Source of the DNA: Patescibacteria group bacterium
Lineage (GTDB): Bacteria > Patescibacteriota > Patescibacteriia > UBA10025 > JAHIVO01
Assembly: GCA_041650915.1 (NCBI GenBank)
Contig: JBAZKE010000001.1
Span: forward strand, 315,284 to 379,283
DNA: 64,000 nucleotides
Direction of reading: 5' to 3'
Both the position numbers and the translations under genes were made by a program. The number at the start of each line of letters is the position of its first letter. The first letter of the stretch is position 1. This document shows, one piece after another, positions 10,201-18,944 of the stretch. The notes beneath the pieces are model-generated. The model was not told the DNA's origin. It saw only the letters and a program-made list of their open reading frames with translations, and did not search any database.

Positions 10201-12276
10201 AAAGACCTTACCCTGCTCGAAACCGACATCACTATTCCGGCTGCCGAGACGGCTACCTTCGATTCCACGGTCGCTAAAATCATCAAGCTGACGGACGGGA
10301 CCGAGCTTAATATGCCGGCATACAGCATAGCGACGGAAGGGAACGTAACGGTGACGGCAACGCCAAAAGCGCAGGTCGCTTCAACCGCTGCGGCAAAGCC
10401 GATTGCGCTGGCGTATGATTTCGTTGCGAAGAATGAGCAAAACCAGACGATTTCCACGTTCAACAGCAGCGTAACGGTCAAGATCCCGTACACTCAGGCC
10501 CAGCTTGATGCGCTTGGCATCACGGAAGAGGATATCGTGCCGATGTATTACGATGAAGCGTCTGGCACCTGGAAAACGGTGGATAATGTCGTGGTTGATG
10601 CGGAGAATGACTTTATCATTTTTACCGTAGACCACTTCACCAGCTTCGCGATCGTCACGCACCAGGTAGCGATGCAGGCCGATGGCGATGAGGACCACCT
10701 ATCAATCACCATTACGAAACCGGCGACGGACATGACGGTGTACGCGCCGTTAGTAACGGTCGAGGGCACCGTGTCAGATGCCGATGCATCCCTCGCCGTA
10801 AGCGTTAACGACGGGACGGCAGATGACGTCACTGTCGGCGCTGATGGCACATTCACGAGCACGGTGCAGCTCCAGCCTGGTGTCAATACCGTTGCGTTTG
10901 AAGCGACAAGCGGAGGCGGGACAGCAGGAACCTCATTCATTATCACGTACCTGACCAGCATTGATCCGAACGCTGATCCCTCCACCGTTGCAACTGGCGC
11001 AGAGCGAAGCATCGCCGCGATGCCGGTTAACGGGGGCCCGCAGGTGCGCGTCTATGATGCCGAAGGCAACCTCACCGCATCCTTCTTCGCGTACAACAGC
11101 GCTCTGCGCGGCGAATTTGGCGTAGTGACGGCTGACATCAACGGGGACGGAACATGGGAAATCATAACCTATCCGAAAGAAGGCTTTCCCGGCCACGTGC
11201 GTGGGTTTGACCTCGAAGGCAATTTACTCGGCGACTTTTTCGCATACCAAGCGGAGTACCGGGGTGGCATCAGCGTGAACGCGGCGGATGTGAATGGCGA
11301 TGGCAATGCGGATCTCGTGGTTACGCCCGTTGTCGGTTCGAATGTTCGCGTGTACACGTTCAATACGGACGAGGATGCGTTTGAGCTTCTGGACTGGGAA
11401 ATGGCGTATGGCGACGCCTTCCGCGGGAACATGAGTGTCGCGGTAGGGGATATTGACGCCAACGGCACGGCGGAGATCGCCGTAGCTCCCGTTTCCGCGG
11501 GCGGCCCGAACGTACGGGTGTATGCGTATAACGCATCCATTGAGCAGCTCGAACTTTCCGACTGGTTTATGGCGTACGATGAATCGTACCGCGGCGGCGT
11601 GAACGTCTCGCTCGCGAATGTTACGGGCGATGGCGCGAAAGAACTCGTGGTTGCCCCGGCTTCCGCGGGCGGCCCGAACGTACGGGTGTACGGGTATGCC
11701 GACGGTACCTATGAGCTCGTTGGCTGGTTTATGGCGTACGACGCAACGTACCGCGGCGGCGTGAATCTGCGGTGCTCTGACGTTGATGCGGACGGACTGT
11801 ATGACATCATTACGACCCCGACCAACGGGTCAACGAACGTCCGGATTTTCACCGAGAATGAAACCGCAGACGGTTTTGAGCTGCTCGACTGGTTTTTCGC
11901 CTACGGTGCTGATTCTCGCGGCGGAGCGGCCATTTCCATTGCAAACATGGATGGCGACCTGTATCCCGAAATCGTGACTGTCCCGTCTTTCGGCGGCCCG
12001 AACGTTCGCGCCTATGAATATGATCCGGATGCCGGCGGGATTGCGCTTCTCGATTGGGGCATGGCATATGCAGAAGACTACCGCGGCTCGCTTAATGTTT
12101 CCGTTGCGGATTTTGACGGTGACGGCACCTCCGAGCTCGTTATTGCGCCGGCTGCAAATGGCGGCCCGAATGTCAGGATATTCTCGCTTGTTGACGGTTC
12201 ATTGACGCTAGACGCGTGGTTTATGGGATTTGCCGAAACCTTCCGCGGCGGCGTAGTAACCGCTTCAGTGTTGTAG
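7285..12276 (+). CDS. Giant secreted surface protein with about 10 carboxypeptidase-regulatory-like (Ig/transthyretin-fold) domains, Big-like domains and a C-terminal 8-blade FG-GAP/VCBS-type beta-propeller
   Basis: 1663 aa with a signal peptide. Repeated G-x-V-x-x-x-D/NG-x-P-x-x-x-A-x-V modules. C-terminal 56-aa repeats GGPNVRVY...DWFMAYD..YRGG..V...D..GDG..E.V.AP. Confidence 0.8.
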   Translation: MRVRKIAKLINAAVAVLTIFGMLGPFSMGGALVASAAGTATVIGVVTEPDGVTPVVGAYVNTHTSSYGEYTSVWTDSNGAFSISDVTSGSKILEVNAYDSVYPNPPMLTITVPTSGTLDVGVLRLKNPNVSGVVMKADGVTPVSGAWVSVHDGNWTFSQSDSTGEDGAFGFYLSSTGTYTIEVSASDPDEVAPAAQNFTFTAGGTKTFTGASALKMTVPGMRGKIIMPNGTDPAQYVSVNVHDNSYSYQNSEWVTTDTSGIFKTKSLATGSYTLDVNASSAGNGLIAPDSITVSLTAGTTNTEYFDDPIQLIQAQKTIQGTVRKPNGAKVTDATVSAWPMGGGNGYASAQTNSQGQYSMLVGTGKWQVMVSPQWSGDVPPSWGYYDMPETVTFTKANTVAESGTADFEVSSFDATIRGRVLMPNGSAAGQSDANVSAWSPGGMGGGNNANLDANGYFSLPVPAGTYQLEIMPFNNGLYGAPELDLVTVASGGNLNLGTLRLLEKNEFVTGKIVDSNGTPLENQNVNAWKPSGWGWGWATTDENGEYTLGLTSGTWFIDAMPSGGMGGGEGDSEITYVKSGAPQKVVLSLGETESNINFEFTIADATINGTVQDSEGTVLTDLYSWIEATDVNRTWSSEGDMGGCSGLGGQVQGGSFAMKVPQGTYVMNLFMPWGSDYTAASQESVTVGAGETYDGAVVTVLPNNATITGSLLDQDGNPITDVWGEVFADNGMGGNQWAQFEDGTYTLRVAAGAWHIGYWIDPMSGYLSNPGSDNTVTAAADETTTYDLTLLKADSTIAGTVVDPDGNPISNAWVSADTELGGRQSTADQSMFFGPMFNQGNITDENGAFSFDVPEGTYFVSASLPPSEGYINPKAQQVAVSPDSPADVALEFRIADGTISGTVTLDGEPNASYVWGWSEEGGASETTTVDGAYSLNVIKDETWHIGAIYETTTTFYRSDENIIDVPSSGTATKDLTLLETDITIPAAETATFDSTVAKIIKLTDGTELNMPAYSIATEGNVTVTATPKAQVASTAAAKPIALAYDFVAKNEQNQTISTFNSSVTVKIPYTQAQLDALGITEEDIVPMYYDEASGTWKTVDNVVVDAENDFIIFTVDHFTSFAIVTHQVAMQADGDEDHLSITITKPATDMTVYAPLVTVEGTVSDADASLAVSVNDGTADDVTVGADGTFTSTVQLQPGVNTVAFEATSGGGTAGTSFIITYLTSIDPNADPSTVATGAERSIAAMPVNGGPQVRVYDAEGNLTASFFAYNSALRGEFGVVTADINGDGTWEIITYPKEGFPGHVRGFDLEGNLLGDFFAYQAEYRGGISVNAADVNGDGNADLVVTPVVGSNVRVYTFNTDEDAFELLDWEMAYGDAFRGNMSVAVGDIDANGTAEIAVAPVSAGGPNVRVYAYNASIEQLELSDWFMAYDESYRGGVNVSLANVTGDGAKELVVAPASAGGPNVRVYGYADGTYELVGWFMAYDATYRGGVNLRCSDVDADGLYDIITTPTNGSTNVRIFTENETADGFELLDWFFAYGADSRGGAAISIANMDGDLYPEIVTVPSFGGPNVRAYEYDPDAGGIALLDWGMAYAEDYRGSLNVSVADFDGDGTSELVIAPAANGGPNVRIFSLVDGSLTLDAWFMGFAETFRGGVVTASVL
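11020..12240 (+). repeat. Intragenic tandem DNA repeats (period 168 nt, about 8 units) encoding the FG-GAP blades
   Basis: The unit ttccgcgggcggcccgaacgtacgggtgta recurs at 11493 and 11661. Neighbouring units are near-identical (gactggtttatggcgtacga...cgcggcggcgtgaa). Confidence 0.8.
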
Positions 12277-12310
12277 ACAGTTTTTTTCGGCATGCAATGA
12301 CAACGTTAAT

Positions 12311-12338
12311 CCCGCCCCGGATACAACGCCGGGGCGGG
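12311..12338. other. GC-rich hairpin without a U-tract after the giant gene
   Basis: CCCGCCCCGG-atacaacg-CCGGGGCGGG. Confidence 0.3.
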
Positions 12339-12366
12339 ACAGTATAACAAAACATCATACCGAATT

Positions 12367-13431
12367 ATGAAAAAAACAGTTGCCATTATCGTTGTAGTTA
12401 TTATGATGTTGGCAGTTGCTGGTGGAGCGTACTGGTTCGGCACGCGGTCGGAAACTGATGATAAAAATACAAATGTGGCAGTAACAAACGCAAACCATGC
12501 GAATTTGAATACGAATACGGCAGCATTGACCAATGCCTCTGCACCCAATGTCACCTACGAAACGTATTCAAATCATGGGACTTTGTACACGTTTGACGTC
12601 GTGTCCGAGTGGACCAGCATCGCGCCGGCCGAAGTCCAGAAATCCATCACCGAGGAGCAGCGCCACGGGTATGAGATCGTGTACTTTTCTTCCAATCCAG
12701 ACTCAGTTGTTCTCGCTGTATCCGAAAAGGCGTCTGCCACCTTGGCAACCATGCCGGCCATTACCGCCGACGATAAATCCGTAGCTCAGGCCAATCCGAA
12801 CGTTACGATCGTGGACGAACGCGTCAACCAGGCGGACGCGCAGACCGAGATGACCGTCCGGTCCGGCGACAGCACCTATACCGTATATTCCCGCTACCTC
12901 ATCATTTCCGCTGCCGGCAGCGAGACTCGCTGGGCGCTCATGGAGGTGACGGTTCCCTCGAGCCGGGCCGCGCAGTACGGTGCCGCCGCAGCCCATTTGC
13001 TCGATTCCTTGCAGATCGCCGGGTCGAACGCGAACACTGGCCAAGCCGGCGATGCCGGAGGTTTCAGCGCAGCGGGCGAGAAGATCAACGAGCTTGCCTA
13101 CCGCCAGAATTTTTCTGCGATTGATCTCTGCTCACTGAAGAAAGACGCCAGCCCGGAGACGGCACGGGCCGGCATTGCCAGCTTGGATTATGAAACCGAG
13201 CAGCTTTCGTACAGGGTCGTCACGACCAACGCCATTACCGAACAGACCACCCTGACGCTTAAAACGTACGACTACGCAGCCGGCCAGGTTTTTGCCGGCG
13301 AACAGCAGCTGGACGTCATGCCCGGCACCAACAGCTTATGCTGCTTTTCCGCGCCAGGCACCGGCCGGTACCAGTACCTATTCTACTACGGCACTGACCT
13401 GGTCAAGGCGCTTGAACTCAGCTCAGAGTAG
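12367..13431 (+). CDS. Membrane-anchored extracytoplasmic protein (N-terminal TM, Asn/Thr-rich linker), paralogue 1
   Basis: 354 aa. TM IIVVVIMMLAVAGGAYWF. C-terminal motif GTNSLCCFSAPGTGRYQY shared with the next gene. Confidence 0.6.
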   Translation: MKKTVAIIVVVIMMLAVAGGAYWFGTRSETDDKNTNVAVTNANHANLNTNTAALTNASAPNVTYETYSNHGTLYTFDVVSEWTSIAPAEVQKSITEEQRHGYEIVYFSSNPDSVVLAVSEKASATLATMPAITADDKSVAQANPNVTIVDERVNQADAQTEMTVRSGDSTYTVYSRYLIISAAGSETRWALMEVTVPSSRAAQYGAAAAHLLDSLQIAGSNANTGQAGDAGGFSAAGEKINELAYRQNFSAIDLCSLKKDASPETARAGIASLDYETEQLSYRVVTTNAITEQTTLTLKTYDYAAGQVFAGEQQLDVMPGTNSLCCFSAPGTGRYQYLFYYGTDLVKALELSSE

Positions 13432-13450
13432 CCAGAATTTTTAACGATTA

Positions 13451-14305
13451 ATGATCAATCATATGGGAGACGAGCAAATGCAGCAAAAAAAATCTAATAC
13501 AATGGCACTGATTGTCATTATTGCCATCGTAGTGATCGGCGCGGCTGCGGCAGTCTATTTCGTTACGAAGGGCGAAAAGAATTCAAATAGCGTCGCGACG
13601 GTCAACACTGCACAGAATACGAACACGGCCGTGACGGAAGCGCCATACACTATGTCTGGCAATACGAAAGTCTTTTCCCTTGAGCTGGTTAACGGCCAAT
13701 TGAATTATAAAACGATGACTGTGTATGCCGGCGATTCAGTCCAGATCAAGCTTACCAGTGACGGCCAGCCGGTTGATTTCCAGTTCCAGAATGTGCCCGA
13801 GGCCGTTTCCACAGCCGGCATTTTCAATACCACTATCCAGGAGAATGACCAGGGCGGCACCTATTACCTGATTTGCGCTGACAACACCTGCGGCAGCATT
13901 GCCGTAACCGTCGTTCCAAAAGCCAACGTCAACGCTTCGGCAAGCAACGCCAACGCCTCAACCAACGCCGCTTCCGCGGCCGAGATCACCAAGGTGGAAT
14001 TGCAGCGCATCCCGGCGGGAACGACTTTCAGCCCGACCGATACGTATGAAACAACCACCAGTTTCGAGGTTGGCGACCTGTTCGGCTTGAGCGTCACCGG
14101 CAATTTTGCCGCAGGCACGACGCTCGCCCATACGTTCACCGACAGCACCGGGGCGGAAATCGAGACGCAATCCCAGCACCCGGACCTACAAGCAGGCACC
14201 AACGGCTCCTGCTGCTACAGCCTGCCCTTGACAGCCGGTTCCTACAACCTCAAGTTGTTCGTCAACGGAGCCGCGGCGCAGAGCGTCCCGATTACCCTCG
14301 AGTAA
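13451..14305 (+). CDS. Membrane-anchored extracytoplasmic protein, paralogue 2 (start may be the ATG at 13478)
   Basis: 284 aa. TM ALIVIIAIVVIGAAAAVYF. C-terminal GTNGSCCYSLPLTAGSYNL is homologous to the C-terminus of the preceding gene. Confidence 0.6.
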   Translation: MINHMGDEQMQQKKSNTMALIVIIAIVVIGAAAAVYFVTKGEKNSNSVATVNTAQNTNTAVTEAPYTMSGNTKVFSLELVNGQLNYKTMTVYAGDSVQIKLTSDGQPVDFQFQNVPEAVSTAGIFNTTIQENDQGGTYYLICADNTCGSIAVTVVPKANVNASASNANASTNAASAAEITKVELQRIPAGTTFSPTDTYETTTSFEVGDLFGLSVTGNFAAGTTLAHTFTDSTGAEIETQSQHPDLQAGTNGSCCYSLPLTAGSYNLKLFVNGAAAQSVPITLE

Positions 14306-14395
14306 ATGCCCGTGGTACAGACCGTCGAGCGGCACGGCGGGCGTGGTGCCACTTGATTTCGCGCGGAATCATTTCCGTATAATTATTTTTTTCCT

Positions 14396-15148
14396 ATGAA
14401 TCCGGACATGCCACCCATGGAAGGCCGAGAGCCTGATGAATTTTCCCATCGGGAAATCGAGACAAAAATTCTGAACATCGGCAGCCCCGATGCATTCAAG
14501 GCCAGGATACTGGCAGGCGGCGGCGAGCTGGTCCGCGACCGGCGCTTGCTCAATGACACCAGCCACGCGCTGCCGAAAGACGGAAATCCAGAAAATACCA
14601 TCCGCCTTTCTACGAACGGCTTTGGTAACGTGGATGAATTGAGGGAAATCCTCGCGCTCCTCGGCGTTGAAATTATTGAAGAGCAGGAAACTGGCTTCGT
14701 CCTGCACGTTCCCCAAGGCCTGCCCCGGCGTACGGTGAGGATTCGCGACGATGGCGGCCATTCCGTCCTGACGGTAAAGGAAAAGAGAAATCGGAAGGCT
14801 GACATCGAAGACCGGGTAGAGATCGAAACTGCCATTCCAAAAATAGACAAAGCAGTGGAGCTGCTGGAAAAGGTCGGCTATCAGCCGCAGTCTATCCGTG
14901 AAAAATACCGGACGACGTACAGAATCGGGGAGGTTTTGGTGGAGCTGAATGAAGGCCCGGCTGGCGCGCCCTGGGCGGAAGTCGAGGGCCCGAGCATGGC
15001 AGCGGTTGAGGAAACGGTAAGGGCGCTGGGCTACTCCGCCGGTGATATCGCGAACATTTCCGACAGTGAGCATTATAGAAACCAAGGGGTGCCGGAGGAA
15101 CAAATCAGGCATCTCACCTTCGGCGGCGGCCGTGAGCGTTCCGCTTGA
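14396..15148 (+). CDS. CYTH-domain protein (triphosphate tunnel metalloenzyme; class IV adenylyl cyclase / thiamine-triphosphatase-like)
   Basis: N-terminal EIETKILNI matches the CYTH ExExK motif. Alternating E/K/R beta-strand pattern through ...EVLVELNEGPAGAPWAEVEG. Confidence 0.65.
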   Translation: MNPDMPPMEGREPDEFSHREIETKILNIGSPDAFKARILAGGGELVRDRRLLNDTSHALPKDGNPENTIRLSTNGFGNVDELREILALLGVEIIEEQETGFVLHVPQGLPRRTVRIRDDGGHSVLTVKEKRNRKADIEDRVEIETAIPKIDKAVELLEKVGYQPQSIREKYRTTYRIGEVLVELNEGPAGAPWAEVEGPSMAAVEETVRALGYSAGDIANISDSEHYRNQGVPEEQIRHLTFGGGRERSA

Positions 15149-15269
15149 TTTCGCATTCATCAAAACAGCCGAGCGGCGCGGATTGCGGTAAAAAAAAGAC
15201 GCACTGGGGGTTTTAATCCCAGTGCGTGTTTGCGGAACGAACGTAGTAGGCGTGTTTCAGGCTGCGCCG

Positions 15270-16787
15270 CTACACATGGTACAGCGGGAAGTACTTTTCC
15301 TCCATATACTGCTCCCAGTACTTCGGATTGAGTCCCTCGCCGGTGGCGCGCGTCAGGACATTATCCATGGACTCGAAGTGCCCGGTTGCGTGGACGTTTT
15401 TGCGGAGCCACTCCAAGAGTGCGGAGAAGTTGCCCTGCCTAAACTGGTCTTCCCAGTCCGGGTGGGCGATCGCGAATGCGGCAAAGAGCTGGCCCGAAGC
15501 GAGGTTTCCGAACGTGTACGTCGGAAAATAGCCGAAGTACCCCGACGGGAAGTGGACATCCTGGAGGATGCCTTCCGCGGGAGTAGCCGGCCGGTACCCA
15601 ACAAACTGGAGCACCTGCTCGTTGAAGAAGTCGGGGGCGTCATCGACCGACAGATCGCCGCTCAGGAGCGCGAGCTCGGTTATGAACCGGGCGAGGATAT
15701 GGCCATTGTACGTAGCCTCGTCAGCCTCGACCCGTATCGGGCTCGGCTTCACCGCATTGATCGCGAGGTAGAACTCACCGACCGTGGATCCGTAGAATCC
15801 CGGAAACGACATCTGGAGATGGCGGAACCAGTATTCCCAGAACGGCTTGGACCGGCAGACGAGGTTCTCGTACATGCGCGATTGCGACTCGTGGATGCCG
15901 AGCGACAGGAACAGGCACGCATTGTCGACGGGCCACATTTCAGCGGGCGCGCCCTGCTCGTACATCGCGTGGCCGGCCTCGTGCGGCGTGCCGAACAGCG
16001 CCGCCCGGAGGTCATTCTCGTAGTACCGGGTCGTGATGCGGTGGTCGCCGGAGCTGATCGTTGCCATAAACGGATGCGTCGTTTCCGACAGGTTACCGCG
16101 CGCAAAGTCGTAGCCGAGCGCACGGACGATCGCTTCGACGAGACGCCGTTGCCGCCCTTTCGGAAAGCATCCGGTGAGCAGCGCGGCATTCGGTTTCACC
16201 GTGGACTGCAGTATGCGCTGCATGAATCTCGCCTGCCACCCCTTGACCTGGTCGAGTATCGCGCGGGCCTGCGCCGTGGTCATGCCCGGTTCGAAACCGC
16301 CGAGCAGCTGGTCGTACAGCGAGTCGGCGTTGCCGGGTTCTCCGCCGTGCAGTTCGGCTTCTTCGCGCATCACCGCGAGCACCTCGGCGAGGTGGGGTTT
16401 GAACATGCCGTAGTCCCCGAGTTTCCGAGCTTTGACCCACGTGGCGATCGCAGCTTCGGTGGTAGCCTTCTTGCGGCCCACGAATTCAGAGGGGAGCGCT
16501 TTCGCGCGGTCGTAGCTCGCCTTAAGGCGGCTGACCTGGAGCTGCTGGTACGGCGTGAGCTCACCGATGATGCCGAGGCACGCTTCGATGGCGGCACCGA
16601 CTTCGTCGGCTATGAACGCTGCGTGTGCCTTCTTCCCTGTGCGGCCGGCGAGCCCTGTGCGATACTCTTCGGCGTCCGGCGGCCGGTTTGTTCTGCCGTC
16701 CCACTCAAGGATGTGAGCGATGTTTCCGAGATCGTTCGCTTCCTGAAGTGCGGCGAGCAGTTTGTCAAATAGCGGATGGTTTGCCAC
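15270..16787 (-). CDS. M32-family carboxypeptidase (carboxypeptidase Taq-like zinc metallopeptidase)
   Basis: HEAGHAMYEQG HExxH zinc motif plus the family-specific GIHESQSRMYEN (HESQS) motif. 505 aa. Confidence 0.85.
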   Translation of the reverse strand: MANHPLFDKLLAALQEANDLGNIAHILEWDGRTNRPPDAEEYRTGLAGRTGKKAHAAFIADEVGAAIEACLGIIGELTPYQQLQVSRLKASYDRAKALPSEFVGRKKATTEAAIATWVKARKLGDYGMFKPHLAEVLAVMREEAELHGGEPGNADSLYDQLLGGFEPGMTTAQARAILDQVKGWQARFMQRILQSTVKPNAALLTGCFPKGRQRRLVEAIVRALGYDFARGNLSETTHPFMATISSGDHRITTRYYENDLRAALFGTPHEAGHAMYEQGAPAEMWPVDNACLFLSLGIHESQSRMYENLVCRSKPFWEYWFRHLQMSFPGFYGSTVGEFYLAINAVKPSPIRVEADEATYNGHILARFITELALLSGDLSVDDAPDFFNEQVLQFVGYRPATPAEGILQDVHFPSGYFGYFPTYTFGNLASGQLFAAFAIAHPDWEDQFRQGNFSALLEWLRKNVHATGHFESMDNVLTRATGEGLNPKYWEQYMEEKYFPLYHV

Positions 16788-16894
16788 AAATACCTCCTTA
16801 TGGTTGCGGCGTTGATGGGTTGTGTTTCTTTTATTTTTTACATTCGAGTAACACGAGTTAACTTATAGTACCGGATTTTTGGTAGATGTCAAGG

Positions 16895-16923
16895 TTGATT
16901 TGCCGCTCAAACGGGCGTAGGAT
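16895..16923 (+). promoter_or_regulatory. Putative promoter giving a leaderless transcript for the 16932 gene
   Basis: TTGATT, 17-nt spacer, TAGGAT. The -10 ends 8 nt before the ATG. Confidence 0.35.
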
Positions 16924-16931
16924 AGAGGTGT

Positions 16932-17156
16932 ATGCCAGAACTTGCCATAACCCGGCGCGACCGCACACGGTACGTCCTGAAAACCAAGCGGGATGAGGAG
17001 ATTTTGCTTGCCTGCAAGGGCCAGGAACAAAAGCAGTTGCCGCCGAGTATCCGCCGCCAGATCCGCTTCATCAAATCCCAGCTTCGTGACAACTGGCGCA
17101 CGCCGCTTGAAAAAGAATTGAAACAAATAGCCAGATTATATTGTAAAGAAAAATAG
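16932..17156 (+). CDS. Small basic hypothetical protein (74 aa), translationally coupled to the downstream glycosidase
   Basis: Its stop lies 2 nt from the next ATG. No recognisable domain. Confidence 0.4.
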   Translation: MPELAITRRDRTRYVLKTKRDEEILLACKGQEQKQLPPSIRRQIRFIKSQLRDNWRTPLEKELKQIARLYCKEK

Positions 17157-17157
17157 C

Positions 17158-18414
17158 ATGAAAAAATCAATCTACATCACCATCGCGGTTGTCATTGCGG
17201 TTATCGCCATCGCAGGCATTCTGCGTTTCGTGGTCGGCGGAGATGAAGACACGTGGATATGCGAAAACGGCGCATGGGTCAAACACGGCAATCCGGATGC
17301 AGCAAAGCCGACAACTTCGTGCTCCGGTTCAACCAGCAATGCGAATACAACTAAAAACACGAATGACAAAAGTACGGTAACGCCGGCTGAGGAATTGGAA
17401 CAGGTTGCGCTTGCGAACAAGTTTGGCTGGCTCGGCGCCGGCGAGGACGGCACTGACATGGATTTTATCAGGCAGTCCGGCGCTGGGTGGATGCGGCCGC
17501 ATCCGGGCCCGTTCGTCTGGGATATGCTTCAGCCATCCGCAACGGCGGAATACGATTACACGAAAATGGATGAACTGGTTGCGCTTACGCAGTCGTATGG
17601 TTTGAATTTGCTGATCACCATCTGGCCGTTTGCTGAATGGGACCAGGCACAGAGGGCTGATGCGGCAGACTGTGCGGTGTCTTCTGAGGATGAGTTTTTA
17701 TTAGCAAATGACAAGAAGGGCAGGCCGTCATATCTGCCCTTGCACCGCTGCAATCCGAATGACTGGACTGCGTATGAACGGCTCGTCGTTGCGGTCGTGG
17801 AGCGGTATGACGGCGACGGTACTGACGACATGGATGGTTTGCGGTACCCGATCAAGCATTGGGAAGTGCTGAACGAGCCGGACCTCGGCACTTCAGACCA
17901 GCTGACGTTCTATAAAGAAGGGCCGGAAGCGTACGCTGAGCTTCTGCGGAAGACCATGTCCGCAATCAAGAACGCGGACGAGACGGCGAATGTCCTCATC
18001 GCGGGCGCGGCAGGCACGGATGATCGTTTCCTCAATTTTTACCGGACGATGTTCACGAACGTTCTTGAATCCCGGTTGCTATTCGAGATCGGCAACGTTC
18101 ACTGCATTTCAAACGACAAGAATACCCTCGACTTTAATGTTGCTGACTACCGGGCTATGCTCGCGGAGTTTGAGATTGACGCGCCGGTGTGGGTAACGGA
18201 AGCCGAGCAAATGGGCGCGGAGGGGTTCACGCAAAACGTCGAACAAACCCAAACAAGCGTGGACAACGCGCTATCAGCCGGAGCGCAGAAAATCTTTTTT
18301 ACGCGGTATGATTTAGCGGATACGCGCACTGACATGAGCGAAATCCAGGAAGGCACCGAGGATTCGGCAACACAAAGCATGGAAGCGTACCAGGAAATCA
18401 TCTCGGGAGGATAA
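17158..18414 (+). CDS. Membrane-anchored putative glycoside hydrolase, clan GH-A (GH5/GH39-like)
   Basis: N-terminal TM. WEVLNEPD matches the clan GH-A catalytic NEP motif. A later TEAEQ is a candidate nucleophile. Confidence 0.5.
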   Translation: MKKSIYITIAVVIAVIAIAGILRFVVGGDEDTWICENGAWVKHGNPDAAKPTTSCSGSTSNANTTKNTNDKSTVTPAEELEQVALANKFGWLGAGEDGTDMDFIRQSGAGWMRPHPGPFVWDMLQPSATAEYDYTKMDELVALTQSYGLNLLITIWPFAEWDQAQRADAADCAVSSEDEFLLANDKKGRPSYLPLHRCNPNDWTAYERLVVAVVERYDGDGTDDMDGLRYPIKHWEVLNEPDLGTSDQLTFYKEGPEAYAELLRKTMSAIKNADETANVLIAGAAGTDDRFLNFYRTMFTNVLESRLLFEIGNVHCISNDKNTLDFNVADYRAMLAEFEIDAPVWVTEAEQMGAEGFTQNVEQTQTSVDNALSAGAQKIFFTRYDLADTRTDMSEIQEGTEDSATQSMEAYQEIISGG

Positions 18415-18458
18415 CAGGCGGACGGACGGATTTTTATAAGCATTTACTATAAAAAGCT

Positions 18459-18827
18459 ATGAAAAAATTTCTCTACTGGGCGCCGCGGGTTTTGAGCATC
18501 GTCATGGTTTGTTTCGTTTCGGTGTTCGCGCTTGACGTGTTTGAAGAGGGCAAAACCGCCGGTGAAATCGCGCTCGCGCTCCTTATCCACCTCCTGCCCT
18601 CAATCGCGGCGGTCATCCTTATCATTGTCGCGTGGAAAAAAGAGCAGATCGGCGGCTGGCTGTTCCTCGGGCTCGCCGTCGTTTTCCTGTTCATCGGCGG
18701 ATTTGAACTGGTAGCAGTGCTAATAATCAGCCTTCCTTTTGCTCTTACCGGCGGGATGTTTTTGATGCACTACCAAAAGTATGTGAAACAGCCGAAGGAC
18801 TCTATGGCAAAGCCAGTGGCTGGTTAG
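18459..18827 (+). CDS. Small integral membrane protein (4 predicted TM)
   Basis: Hydrophobic segments throughout 122 aa. Confidence 0.5.
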   Translation: MKKFLYWAPRVLSIVMVCFVSVFALDVFEEGKTAGEIALALLIHLLPSIAAVILIIVAWKKEQIGGWLFLGLAVVFLFIGGFELVAVLIISLPFALTGGMFLMHYQKYVKQPKDSMAKPVAG

Positions 18828-18944
18828 TCGCTATTTAATAATTTTGGTTTTGAACAGAAGAGTTTTGAATTTAGATATTGTTTCGGATTTTAATAAAATT
18901 TGCGCGCTGTTTCTGGCGCACTACCATAAATGTAAACTAAAAGT

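Noticed and set aside
12311-12338. Rho-independent terminator for the giant gene
   Set aside because: Strong GC hairpin but no downstream U-tract, so it is listed only as a hairpin. The true terminator may be absent, with read-through into the paralogous genes.
15222-16772. 516-aa ORF on the plus strand, antisense to the M32 carboxypeptidase
   Set aside because: Arg/Ala/Gly-rich, typical of a spurious antisense frame in high-GC DNA. The minus-strand frame carries the unmistakable HEAGH and HESQS peptidase motifs.
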